64,000 nucleotides of DNA from Spirochaetia bacterium (GTDB lineage Bacteria; Spirochaetota; Spirochaetia; CAKZLE01). Positions 1 through 10,700 of the stretch are shown in pieces. The stretch's first letter is position 1; every line of letters starts with the position of its first letter. The position numbers were made by a program, and so were the translations under genes. The DNA lies in contig OY782041.1 in assembly GCA_963677595.1 (NCBI GenBank), forward strand, positions 1,408,001 to 1,472,000, in the 5' to 3' direction. A model generated the notes under the pieces. The model ran no database searches. It had not been told where the DNA came from and saw only the letters and a program-made list of their open reading frames with translations.

Positions 1-1195
1 TATCAACCGTCATACGACCCGCCTCATCCAGATGATAATCAATGAGCTGCAGTAGGGGTTTGGAGAAAGCCTCCAAGGATGCATCATAAGCCGCCTGTTC
101 TTTTACCATGACTGCTGAGACCGGGAACATCAGACCATTTGGGACAACCTGTTCCAACGAAAGGATATTGTGTATTAAGAACCGATGGATTCGTCCGTTC
201 CCATCTTCAAACGGATGCAGGAACACAAAGCCATAGGCTATGATCGCTGCATGTATCACCGGCGAGACATGTCCTGATCTCATCAGGTTGTGAGAAGCGA
301 TCAAGCCCTCCATCAGACTTGGCAGGTCATCAGGTTTTGGGCTGATGAAATGAATGATCTCTTTCTGATACCCCACTGTCTGCCCAACGTAATTCTGGCT
401 TGCCCGGTAGCTGCTTTCTTTGAATCGGGGATCAACGATGAGGTTCTGCAGCTCTACCAACCTGTTCTTTGCACAGAAATCTTCTTTCTCGGCAAGTTCC
501 AGTGATGTTATGAATTTTGCGGTTCGGGATTCGCTGGGTCGTATATGCTCAATCTCGAAGGATGATTTGGTTTCCTTGTGGTACAGATAGTTCAATGCCC
601 GACGGAGCACTTCCGCTGGATACGAAGTGACAATGTCCTCACACGCTCTCTTGAGGTCAGATGTATCGAGCGCGGAAAGCTTCCTGGTTCTTCTGACAAT
701 CGGGCAGAACGTACGAGGGCCAAGAAGGTTGTTCACGATTCGGTGTCGTGAAGACCTTGTCCCATTCTGTATCGTGTAATATTCATCTGCTTCAAGTGCA
801 TCAATATAATTTCCGGCAGTCAGGTTATCGATTGGCAGCTGTTTTTCCCTAAGGAACTCGTAGAAGAACCAGATTCTTCTGGCATACTTCCCGGTTGGCT
901 TGGACTTGATGTACTTCGTGAGATCTTCTTCAGGGATCTTTTCGAAGATCTGCGTCAGTAAACTCAGATTGACCCCGTCATATTTCAGTGCGAACTCAAG
1001 ATGCCGGCCAAGCGTTTCTCCCGGCCAGTATTGTTTCCTGAATACTTGATCTACCTGTTCCCCATGGAGCCTGGTATCGGAAGTACCTGTTGTGGAGACT
1101 GATGAACGATGCCAATTCGGCATACCTGTGAGGGCAAGTTTCTGCACCAGGTATTCGTAACCAGCCGGGAGAAGATCAAAATCGTTTAATTCCAT
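1..1195 (-). CDS. Fic family protein (3' end outside window)
   Basis: Not in ORF track because it is truncated. Manual translation from ATG 1195 (MELNDFDLLPAGYEYL...) is in frame with the Fic motif HPFEDGNGRIHR (His codon at 217) and an inhibitory-helix-like ETKSSFEIE. Confidence 0.9.
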   Translation of the reverse strand, partial: MELNDFDLLPAGYEYLVQKLALTGMPNWHRSSVSTTGTSDTRLHGEQVDQVFRKQYWPGETLGRHLEFALKYDGVNLSLLTQIFEKIPEEDLTKYIKSKPTGKYARRIWFFYEFLREKQLPIDNLTAGNYIDALEADEYYTIQNGTRSSRHRIVNNLLGPRTFCPIVRRTRKLSALDTSDLKRACEDIVTSYPAEVLRRALNYLYHKETKSSFEIEHIRPSESRTAKFITSLELAEKEDFCAKNRLVELQNLIVDPRFKESSYRASQNYVGQTVGYQKEIIHFISPKPDDLPSLMEGLIASHNLMRSGHVSPVIHAAIIAYGFVFLHPFEDGNGRIHRFLIHNILSLEQVVPNGLMFPVSAVMVKEQAAYDASLEAFSKPLLQLIDYHLDEAGRMTVD

Positions 1196-1413
1196 AGCCA
1201 ATCCTGACAAATCGATTAATTCACTGTAAATATAGTTATAATACACCGGTTGTTGAACAAAAACAATTATATAACAGGAAATATGGCAAAAACTATTATA
1301 TATTCCCCACTTTTTTGGATTCCCTGCAAAAACCATTACTCATCTGCAAAAACAGTTATAGATCGCATACTTCCTGCAATTTCATATATAACGCTTCCAC
1401 ATCCGAGGATGTC

Positions 1414-3066
1414 CTACTCCTCCAGGAGTTCTGCCAGCTCCACCAGCTGTATGAACTCGGCCCGGTAGCCTTCCTCATCAGGGCCTCTGGAGGCTTTTGC
1501 CAGGGCGGTTACCTGCTCCCAGGAGGAGTCCCCTTTATAGGGGCTGTCCCGCAGCAGCATGCCGAACTCCACCACGGCACTGGCAAAGGTGAAGTCTACA
1601 TCGGTCTCCCCTGATGGATGTGACAGGGCTGCCTCATCAGCCAGGAACTCTATGAGCCTGCTCTCTTCCCTTCCGTCTTCGGGCTTCTTGTACCGGAGCT
1701 TGAAGGACAGGAGGTCATCCGAGGGAATGACCGTATGCTCCTGGAATACCAGGGGATCCGACTGGGGAGCTGATGCTTCCGGGTCGGAGGCCAGGACCAG
1801 CTCGTAGAAGGCGGTGACTGTCTGTCCGGAACCCATCTCACCGGCATCCTTGGTATCATCATTGAAGTCTTCCCGTTCGAGCATGCGGTTCTCATACCCG
1901 ATCAGGCGATAGGAGCTTACGACTGCGGGATTGAACTCGACCTGCACCTTCACGTCCTTCGCTACCGCGAAGAGGTTCCCCCAGATCTCCTTGCCGAGCA
2001 CCTTCTTCCCTTCGAGCAGGTTATCGATGTAGGCATAATTGCCGTTCCCTTTGTTGGACAGCACCTCCATGCGAGAGTCCTTGTAGTTGCCCATCCCGAA
2101 TCCCAGGATCGTGAGGTAGATGTTCTTCTCCCGCTTCTCCTCGATCAGCCTCTCTAGCTCGCCGGTCGAGCTGACCCCGACATTGAAGTCCCCGTCAGTA
2201 CAGAGGATCACCCGGTTGTTCCCTCCCGGGATATAGTTCTGCCCGGCTATCTTGTAGGCAAGCTCGATACCGGCACCACCGGCTGTGGAGCCCCCCGCCC
2301 GCAGTTCTGTAAACGCCTGGAGAATCACCTGCTTCTCTGTCCCGGGGGTGGTCTCGAGGATGGTCCCTGCTGATCCGGCATAGGCCACGATGGAGACCGA
2401 GTCCTGGGGCCGCAGCTGCTCGACGAGGACCTTCATGCTCTTCTGCAGCAGCGGCAGCTTGTTATCATCATACATCGAGCCTGACGTATCGATGAGGAAG
2501 ACCAGGTTCGCGGCAGGCAGTTCTTCGGTCATGATCTCCTCAGCCTTCAGGGCAACGCGGAGCAGCCGGTGTGCGGGAGCCCATGGGGCGGGCTCCATAT
2601 CGAGCTGTATGACTACAGGATGCTCCCCTGTAGGCTGCGGGTAGGCATAGGTGAAGTACTGGAGGAACTCCTCGATGCGGACGGCATCCTTCGGCGGCAT
2701 CTCACCATTCTGGGAGAGGAACCTCCTGACATTCGCATAGCTTGCCGTATCTGCATCTATGGAGAAGGTGGAGACCGGGTGTTCTGAGGTGTTTCGGAAT
2801 GGATTATCTGTTATGCGGTCATACTCTTCCGTGTTCATCTCCGCGGCAGGAGCGTATAACGGGGGCATCGGCTCGGAAGCCATCGCTGGATTCGGCATGG
2901 CCGTAGCCTGAACTGCTGCCATGGGCATCGCCGCTGCCTTCTCTGCTGTAGTATACACTTCGGGAATCGCATCCGCGGCTTTTTCGGAGCCCGAAGCACA
3001 GCCAGCCAGGATGAAGAGGACAGCCAAGACCACCAGGATACTCGTACGGTATGATTTCCATTCCAT
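1414..3066 (-). CDS. vWA domain lipoprotein, YfbK/DUF3520-like
   Basis: Lipobox LAGC; STFSIDADTASY; MIDAS DTSGSM; LCTDGDFNVG; YRLIGYENR. GGAGG RBS precedes ATG 3066. Confidence 0.88.
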   Translation of the reverse strand: MEWKSYRTSILVVLAVLFILAGCASGSEKAADAIPEVYTTAEKAAAMPMAAVQATAMPNPAMASEPMPPLYAPAAEMNTEEYDRITDNPFRNTSEHPVSTFSIDADTASYANVRRFLSQNGEMPPKDAVRIEEFLQYFTYAYPQPTGEHPVVIQLDMEPAPWAPAHRLLRVALKAEEIMTEELPAANLVFLIDTSGSMYDDNKLPLLQKSMKVLVEQLRPQDSVSIVAYAGSAGTILETTPGTEKQVILQAFTELRAGGSTAGGAGIELAYKIAGQNYIPGGNNRVILCTDGDFNVGVSSTGELERLIEEKREKNIYLTILGFGMGNYKDSRMEVLSNKGNGNYAYIDNLLEGKKVLGKEIWGNLFAVAKDVKVQVEFNPAVVSSYRLIGYENRMLEREDFNDDTKDAGEMGSGQTVTAFYELVLASDPEASAPQSDPLVFQEHTVIPSDDLLSFKLRYKKPEDGREESRLIEFLADEAALSHPSGETDVDFTFASAVVEFGMLLRDSPYKGDSSWEQVTALAKASRGPDEEGYRAEFIQLVELAELLEE

Positions 3067-3133
3067 TGTGATGCCTCCATATACTAGGGAAACCACGCAA
3101 GGGGGGAATCGTTTCAAAGTTCCTTGGGGTACC

Positions 3134-4300
3134 CTATTGACCGACAGGCCATATTAATTCAAGGGCCTCTTCCCAGGGGAGGACTTGGATCCCGTTCGTG
3201 ATCTGCTTATGTCGGACTTGTGAGGCACAGATCAACTCTGCACCTGGGAAATCACTTGAAAGACGTGAAAGGTTCCTCACATGACGGTCATCGACCTGGT
3301 CGGTAGATTTGATCTCAAGAAGAATCGTGGCTTCCCCCGGGCGCTCTATGATCAGGTCGACTTCCACGTCATCTTTTGTCCGCAGGTACGAGAACCTGAA
3401 GTCTGTCTCATAATAATGATTCAAGCGAAAGCACTCACTGACGAACCAGCCTTCGAAGGCATCCCCATAATCACTGGTCTTGGGTGTAAGGGGCACATTC
3501 AATAGACCCTGCAGTGCCCGCTTCACCCCCTGGTCGAACAGGTAGAATTTAGGACTCTGTCTCTGCACCTTCCGTACTGAACGATGATACGGTTCAAGGA
3601 AGCATCCCAGATGGGTATCGACAAGTATCTGGTAATAGGTCTGTACGGTCTTGTAATCTACTCCTGTGTCTCGGGCAACATTGCTGAAATTCACGATCTG
3701 GGTATCCATCTGGGCCGTTATCGGGAGAAACAGCCTGAAAGGAGTGACTTTTCGAATCAGCTGTTCGACAAGGATCTCCTCTTTCACGTATGTCTGGGTA
3801 TACGCGCGAAGGAATCGTTTCTTATCCTGCTCTGAGCTATAACCCAGGATCCCCGGAAGGGTCCCCCACTGGAGTGCAGCGGGGAGGTCGAACTGTTCGC
3901 CGAGTTCACGAGCTGTGAATGGGAACAGAGCGAACCTGAAGGCACGCCCGGCAAGGAAGTTCGCCCCGCCCCGTTTCAGTTTTCTGCTGCTTGACCCGGT
4001 CAGGGCGAACCGAATATCGCGTTCAGAGAGGATACCATGCACATGATCCAGCAGTTTAGGGACCTTCTGGATCTCATCTATGATGATCCACTGGCCTTGG
4101 GCAAGGGCATCCGCCTGTTCATTCAATAATCCAGGTCGTATGCTGTATCGCTCCTCCACATCAGCATCAAGGAGGTCGATATACCATGCTTCTTGCAGGA
4201 ACGGCAGTGATTTAAGAAGTGTTGTCTTGCCGGTCCCACGGGCACCAAAGAGAAAGAAGCTGTTTGACTCTGATAGTCGCTGAAGACGCTCTATTTCCAT
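3134..4300 (-). CDS. AAA_14 ATPase with DUF4143 / C-terminal PD-(D/E)xK-like domain
   Basis: Walker A GARGTGKT, Walker B IIIDEIQ, LTGSS, LAGR, PKFYLFDQG, EVDLII...LEIKS. GGAGG before ATG 4300. Confidence 0.88.
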   Translation of the reverse strand: MEIERLQRLSESNSFFLFGARGTGKTTLLKSLPFLQEAWYIDLLDADVEERYSIRPGLLNEQADALAQGQWIIIDEIQKVPKLLDHVHGILSERDIRFALTGSSSRKLKRGGANFLAGRAFRFALFPFTARELGEQFDLPAALQWGTLPGILGYSSEQDKKRFLRAYTQTYVKEEILVEQLIRKVTPFRLFLPITAQMDTQIVNFSNVARDTGVDYKTVQTYYQILVDTHLGCFLEPYHRSVRKVQRQSPKFYLFDQGVKRALQGLLNVPLTPKTSDYGDAFEGWFVSECFRLNHYYETDFRFSYLRTKDDVEVDLIIERPGEATILLEIKSTDQVDDRHVRNLSRLSSDFPGAELICASQVRHKQITNGIQVLPWEEALELIWPVGQ

Positions 4301-4319
4301 GACACCTCCAGGAATCATA

Positions 4320-4390
4320 GACCTAACTCCTAATTTAGCGTTAAAATTAGGAGTTAAGTCCAGTATAATCCTATCATGGGTATTTTTCAA
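4320..4390 (-). promoter_or_regulatory. sigma70 promoter plus 17-bp inverted repeat (candidate operator) of the AAA/DUF4143 gene
   Basis: Minus strand TTGAAA-17-TATACT (4390-4362), immediately followed by GACCTAACTCCTAATTT-N7-AAATTAGGAGTTAAGTC (4320-4360, 16/17 match). Confidence 0.7.
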
Positions 4391-4408
4391 GGCTGTCTTG
4401 CGTAATCC

Positions 4409-6385
4409 TCAGTCCTGGATCGGCAGGAAGCAGAAGGCCTCGTCATCTGCCTCACGTATGCACTTCTTGAGCTCGTCCGGCGAGAACTTCACGAACTCGC
4501 CGAGGGTCGTCACGAAATCGGTATCGATCTCGTACCCGTGCTGGATATAGGTGACCTGGTAGAAGGCGAGCTTCTTCTCACGGTGGACGGACTTCTCGAT
4601 CAGCCGCTGCGCACCAGCCTGCAGGAGCTTGAGGCGACCTAAGAGCTCTTCATGGGAGGTGACGCTCCAGACGCCGAGCAGGATCGGCTGGCTGTGGTCG
4701 TTCATATCCCCGACCATCTCGCCGCGCAGCAGGGCATCCCGCACCCCACCGAGGTAGGGGACGAAGTCGAGGTGCTCGGCGAGTTTCCGGTCCGTCGCGA
4801 GGAAGTCCCCCGAGACGGGATCCAAAGTGAAGATCATCACATGGTTCAGGGCCTGCCCATAGGAACGGAAGAGGGGGCCGCGATACTTTACGGGATCGAT
4901 CACCTGCAACAGGTGCGCATTCTGCTTCCGGATCATCCGGATGATGCCGGACAGCCAAGTCCGGAACTCAGGCCGGTCGGTCCGGTAGGAGGCGATGAGC
5001 TTCTCGACTTCGTCTTCCTGCATGAACCCCTCGAGGTAGGCGAGCATGCTCCGGTAGATCTCCCTGATGTTGTACTCCTTCCCGAACTGGTTGATGATGT
5101 CGTACATGAAGATCTCCATCTTCCTCAGCTGCCAGATGAAGGCGATAATCTCCGTCCTGGCAGTATCCCGGTCGATATGCTGCATCTCGATGAGGTCCTG
5201 GAACTCATGGTAGCGCCGCTCGAGCTGGGTGAACCACTTCTCCACCCCGTACTTGGGCCGCTTCAGCCCGATCGTCCAGACAGATCCGACCCCCAGCTGG
5301 CTGATCACCGATATATTGTCCGGGCCGAAGGTCTCATAGACCTGGATCGTTCCCAGTCCCTCACCGGCAGCCCTGCCCTTGGAGGTCTGTCCGACGAACT
5401 TCGGGACCCCGCGTTCATCCAGGGCAAGGAGTGCCCCGGGGATCCCGACGCCGTTATCGTGGATCCGCAAGACCGCCTGGTCCTCCCCGTCCGAGAGATC
5501 GATCTCGATGAGCCCGGGGACACCCCGTTCAGCTATGGCGTCAAGTGCGTTCGATATGATGTTGACCAAAGCTCTGGAGTGGCTGATGTAATAGCCCATG
5601 ACCATGGGGTTGTCACTGTTGAGGGTGAGCTTGACCGTACAGGGTATGTGGGAGCCGTTGATGAAGGGGATGATCCGCTCCAGGATCAGTTCCTGGATGT
5701 TTATCTCATGGGTGACGCTCACAGAGTCCCGGAACTCGTTGAGCATGTTGATCAGGGTGGTCGACTCCCGGTTTATATCCTCGATGATCCTGCCGGCATT
5801 GGCCAGGTCGAGCGTGTCGACGAGGTGGGAGAGGAGCCTGATGGTCTTGCGTGCGTCGTGGCGGGTCTTCCCGATATCCTCTTTCAGGATGGTCCGTGCC
5901 GGGCTCCAGTCCTTATGGTAGATCTGCTCCTGGAGGGTCTTCGCTGATGCTGAGAGGTGGTAGTACCGCCGGTTCCGGTAGACTACCGGCTCGAGGACGT
6001 TGAATCCCTTGTTCTGGAAGTACTCGATCGTGTCATTCTGCTTCTCCCAGAGGTAAAGGTAGATGTTCGCATCAGGGTCCACCTTCTCGGAGAGGTGGTT
6101 GATGAACGAGTTCCCGATCCCCCTCCCCCGGCCAAAGGGGCTGGTGACGATCTTGTAGATATGGAAGTTCATCTTCTGCTCATCGGAGTAGACCTGCATG
6201 TAGCCGAGCACCTCGCCCTCATCGACCCAGGCATAGCTGTGCTCATGGTCCTTGCTGATCTCGATGTCCCGTATATAGGGGGAGGGGATGATGAAGGTAT
6301 CGATGTTCAGCAGCGGGTTGCGGAGGATGCTCTCCTCCAGCCCCTCGTCGAGGGTCTGGATATGTTTTGCGATTGATTCGATCAT
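4409..6385 (-). CDS. GNAT acetyltransferase-like / histidine kinase fusion with unknown C-terminal domain
   Basis: GNAT motif A (SPFGRGRGIG) and YFQNKGF; H-box-like RHDARK; N-box NIISNALDA; G1 DNGVGIP; G2 GEGLGT. No obvious transmembrane segment. Confidence 0.8.
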   Translation of the reverse strand: MIESIAKHIQTLDEGLEESILRNPLLNIDTFIIPSPYIRDIEISKDHEHSYAWVDEGEVLGYMQVYSDEQKMNFHIYKIVTSPFGRGRGIGNSFINHLSEKVDPDANIYLYLWEKQNDTIEYFQNKGFNVLEPVVYRNRRYYHLSASAKTLQEQIYHKDWSPARTILKEDIGKTRHDARKTIRLLSHLVDTLDLANAGRIIEDINRESTTLINMLNEFRDSVSVTHEINIQELILERIIPFINGSHIPCTVKLTLNSDNPMVMGYYISHSRALVNIISNALDAIAERGVPGLIEIDLSDGEDQAVLRIHDNGVGIPGALLALDERGVPKFVGQTSKGRAAGEGLGTIQVYETFGPDNISVISQLGVGSVWTIGLKRPKYGVEKWFTQLERRYHEFQDLIEMQHIDRDTARTEIIAFIWQLRKMEIFMYDIINQFGKEYNIREIYRSMLAYLEGFMQEDEVEKLIASYRTDRPEFRTWLSGIIRMIRKQNAHLLQVIDPVKYRGPLFRSYGQALNHVMIFTLDPVSGDFLATDRKLAEHLDFVPYLGGVRDALLRGEMVGDMNDHSQPILLGVWSVTSHEELLGRLKLLQAGAQRLIEKSVHREKKLAFYQVTYIQHGYEIDTDFVTTLGEFVKFSPDELKKCIREADDEAFCFLPIQD

Positions 6386-6565
6386 GAGTCTATTATTACG
6401 GGAAAGGGGGAACTTCACAAGGGGAAGAATCGGGGAAGGAGATGTCGCCCCCACGCTTTTTAACTGATTTCTCATCAAAAACAGATGCAGAAAGGATATG
6501 GTATGATTGACTTATTCTCATTTCGTCATTACGCTAAATATAGATTTTATAGAAGAGAGGAACCT

Positions 6566-7627
6566 ATGAAAGAAGAGAACACGACAGGCATATCGGTATT
6601 CGAGAAATACCTGACTGTATGGGTAGCTGCATGCATCATCGTCGGGGTCGCGATCGGGCGGCTGCTTCCCGGCGTCCCGGAGTTCTTCGGCAAGCTGGAG
6701 GTCGCACATGTCTCGATCCCGATTGCCGTCCTGATCTGGCTCATGATCTACCCCATGATGCTGAAAGTCGACTTCTCGTCGATCACCCACAGGATCCGGC
6801 AGCCGAAGGGACTGGTGATCACCCTGATCGTCAACTGGCTGATCAAGCCCTTCACCATGTACCTGATCGCGGGCCTCTTCTTCAAGACCATATTCGCAAG
6901 CCTCATCCCTGCATCGCTCGGGGAGGAGTACATCGCCGGTGCCGTCCTGCTCGGGGCTGCGCCCTGTACCGCGATGGTCTTCGTGTGGAGCCACCTCACG
7001 AAGGGGGACCCGGCCTATACCGTCGTCCAGGTCGCGATCAATGACCTGATCATCCTGCTGGCCTTCACCCCGATCGTCGCCTTCCTGCTCGGTCTGAGCA
7101 GCATCACCGTTCCCTACGACACGCTCTTCCTCTCGGTCGTCCTCTTCGTCGTCCTGCCCCTCAGTATCGGGGTCCTCTCCCGGCACCTGGTGATCAAGCA
7201 CCACAGCAGAGACTATTTCGAGAACGTCTTCATCCATAAGTTCGACAAGGTGACCATCTCCGGCCTGCTGCTCACCCTGGTGCTGATCTTCTCTTTCCAG
7301 GGGGATGTCATCCTGAGCAACCCGACCCACATCCTGCTGATCGCCGTCCCACTGATCATCCAGACCTTCCTCATCTTCGTCATCGGCTACCTCTGGGGAT
7401 ATGCCTGGAACCTCACCCATGAGATCGCGGCTCCCGCGAGCATGATCGGTGCCAGCAACTTCTTCGAGCTTGCGGTCGCCGTGGCGATATCGGTGTTCGG
7501 GATCTCCTCAGGGGCCACCCTGACCACGGTCGTGGGAGTGCTGGTCGAAGTCCCTGTCATGCTCTTCCTGGTATCGATCGCGAACCGCTCCAGGGGGCGT
7601 TTCCCGAGGAAGGCGGCAGCTGCCTAG
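6566..7627 (+). CDS. acr3: Arsenite efflux transporter Acr3
   Basis: FEKYLTVWV, IWLMIYPMM, NWLIKPF, GAAPCTAMVFVW, GASNFFELAVAVA, VGVLVEVPVML. TTGACT-17-TACGCT upstream. Confidence 0.95.
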   Translation: MKEENTTGISVFEKYLTVWVAACIIVGVAIGRLLPGVPEFFGKLEVAHVSIPIAVLIWLMIYPMMLKVDFSSITHRIRQPKGLVITLIVNWLIKPFTMYLIAGLFFKTIFASLIPASLGEEYIAGAVLLGAAPCTAMVFVWSHLTKGDPAYTVVQVAINDLIILLAFTPIVAFLLGLSSITVPYDTLFLSVVLFVVLPLSIGVLSRHLVIKHHSRDYFENVFIHKFDKVTISGLLLTLVLIFSFQGDVILSNPTHILLIAVPLIIQTFLIFVIGYLWGYAWNLTHEIAAPASMIGASNFFELAVAVAISVFGISSGATLTTVVGVLVEVPVMLFLVSIANRSRGRFPRKAAAA

Positions 7628-7738
7628 AAATACGCTAGATATAATGCAATCTTACGGGTTGTTATTTACAAACACACTACATAGGGTCTACAATAGAGAT
7701 ATACCACTAAAGTAGATATTTCTTAGGAGGTCTCCCGT

Positions 7739-10700
7739 TTGAGTTCCTCTGAAACCAGGACCCTGTACCTCATTCCCTATGTCCACCTCGACACGCAGTG
7801 GAGGTGGACTACCGCAACTACGATCTCTACCTACCTGCCTGATACCGTGAGGAAGAACCTCGCCCTCATCAGGGACTACCCCGGGTATTCCATCAATGTC
7901 ACCGGGGCCTATCGGTATGCCCTGTTGGAAGAGTACTACCCGGACCTCTTCGAGCAGGTACGGGAGGCGGTCGCGGATGGGGCCTGGCACCCCTCCGGCT
8001 CCCTCTGGGAGGAGACGGATGTCCTGATCCCGAGTGCCGAGTCACTGATCAGGAACATCCTCTACGGGAGGTCGTTCTTCCAGAAACATTTCGGGAGGCA
8101 GACCCTCGATGTCATGCTCCCCGACTCGTTCGGCTTCCATGAGGACCTGCCGACGATCCTCTCCCACTGCCGGGTCAACGGCTTCTCGACCCAGAAGCTC
8201 AGCTGGGACCCGGTCAAACCCATCCCCTTCGACATCGGGATCTGGAACGGGCCGGACGGCTCATCGCTCCCGGTCATCCTGCGTCCCGGCAGGTATGTCT
8301 CCAGGCTCAGGATCCCGCCCCACCTCCATCCAGGCTGGAGGATGCGGATCAGCCGCCACCTGCGCTCCCACTCGCTCGCCAAGGCTGCCAGATACTTCGG
8401 CAACGGCGATATCGGGGGTGCCCCGACACGCCTCTCAGTCTGGAACGCCATGCGCTCAATCCGGCACACCGGCGGGAACCTGCGGACGGTCTGCGGCGAA
8501 TCCGACCGGCTCTTCCGGGAACTCACCGAAGCAGAACGTGAGAGCATGCCGCGGTATGCAGGGGAACTGCTGCTCACCAGGCACTCAGCCGGCTCACTGA
8601 CCTCCCAGAGGATCGTCAAGCGATGGAACAGGAGGAATGAGCAGCTCGCCTTCCTCGCAGATGTCTCCTCTGTCATCGCCTCACGGGAGATCCATACAGC
8701 CTACCCGAAGGAACTGCTCGAGAAGGGGTGGAAGCTGCTTGTAGCCTCCCAGATGCACGACACCCTCCCCGGCACCTGCACCCCGGAGGCCTACCGGGAC
8801 ACCTATAACACCCTTGGTGTCATCGCGAACCTCTTCAACGGGATCATCGACGATGCGGTCTCGGCCCTTGCCAGGCAGCTCCCCCTCCGCAAGCATGAGG
8901 AGGCGATCTTCCTGCTCAACCCGAACTCCACTGCACGGGAGGAGCTCGTCCCCCTCGCCCTGCCGGTCCCGGAGGGCGAGGAGGCTGTGATCCTCGATGC
9001 CGACGGCATCCCCGTCCCCTGCCAGGAACTCCAGCGGGAGGGTGATTCACTCCATCTCGTCTGCCGGCTCAGCGTCCCGCCCGTCGGCTGGAGCTCCTAC
9101 CAGTGGCACAGGAGAGCCCTGGAACCGGTCGAGGAAGAGCCGCAGGAAGAGAAGGCCCCGGAAGGGTTCGTACTCGAGAACCGCCTTCTCAAGGTCACGA
9201 TCGATGATGACGGGAACATCTCCTCCATCTATGTAAAACGTACCAGGACCGAGATGCTGAAGGAACCGGTCAGGTTCGTCTGCCTTGATGAGAGACCGAA
9301 GACCTTTCCCGCCTGGAACATGGAATGGAAGGACAGGAAACGCAGCACCGTGATCACCCTGCCCCCTGCCGAGCGGATCTATCACAGCCGGCGCGGCCCG
9401 CTGCTGAGCTCGATCACCATCGAGCGGACCTTCAACAACTCACGCTTCGTCCATACCGTATCGCTCCACCATCAGGGGGTGGAGGACATGGTCTTCTGCC
9501 GGGACTCCATCTTCTGGCAGGAGCAGGCAAGCTCCCTGAAGCTCTCGATCCTGCTCGCATTCTCCAATGAGTCAGCCTCCTACTCACTGGACACGACAGA
9601 GGTCTCACGCCTCCCCAATGATTCCCACATGTACGAGTTCCCCTCCAAGGGCTGGATCAACCTCGATGCCGATGACGGGTCCTGCGGGTTCTCCTTCATC
9701 CATGGCGATATCTACGGGTCTGACCGTCCCGATGACCATACGATCAGGCCGACGCTCCTCTATACCCCGGGCCGGAGTCACGGGACGTTCATGTTCCATG
9801 ACCAGATGACCCAGGACTGGGGCAGGCACCAGTTCTCCTACGGGCTGCTTCCCCACAACGGCTCCTGGGACACTTCCAAGGCCGCTGCCTACAGCAGCAT
9901 GATCTCGAACCCGCTCCGCCCTTACCAGGTCACGAGGAGTCATCGGGCCCTCAGGAACCACCTGGCACACCCGAGCCGCTCATCATTCATCTCCTTCTCC
10001 ACCCGGAACCTGGACCTGATAGCCTGCAAGCGGTCCGAGGAGGACCAGTCCTATATCATCCTGCGGGTCAGGGAGATCGCGGGACAGGATGTCGTCTCTG
10101 CCTTCATCTCCTTCACCTCCCAGGTCGTTGAGGCCTATGAGGTAGATGGGCTGGAGACCCCGATCCATTCCGTATCGATCATCGGGAATACCCTCTCAGT
10201 GAAGATGCAGCGCAACAGCATCAAGTCATTCGCCGTCAAGCTGCAGGACCAGGACATCTCAGTGACCATCGACTCGGAGAAGCATGCACCGATCCAGGTG
10301 GAGACCGATCTCTTCGAACCGCTGCTCAGCGATGAGTTCGATGAGAGCGAGATCCTCCCATCCGGGCAGATCAGGTATACTTCGATACCGCTGGACTTCA
10401 ATACCGCCACCTGCTCCCCGGACGGCAGTACGGTATCAGGGGATGTGACCTTCCCGCTCGAGCAGATGCCTGAATCCATCATCATCGAGGACATACAGTT
10501 CCCGCTCCACCGGGAAGGGGGGCTCCATGCCCTCGCCTGCGGTGGGGAACGGTTCGAGATCCCGGCCACCCCGGGTGGACACCCTGCCTCGAGGCTCCAC
10601 CTGGTCATGACTGCACAGCATGCAGTGACCGGTTCCTTCACACTCTCAGCCGCCGACGGCTTGTCATCCACCCATGAGCTCTTCATCCCGCCGGTGACCG

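Noticed and set aside
4652-5947. 431-aa plus-strand ORF, and similar long antisense ORFs (6518-7420, 11271-12122, 13616-14473, 47486-48637, 54544-55581)
   Set aside because: Antisense shadows of well-supported GC3-rich genes, with no recognisable motifs.
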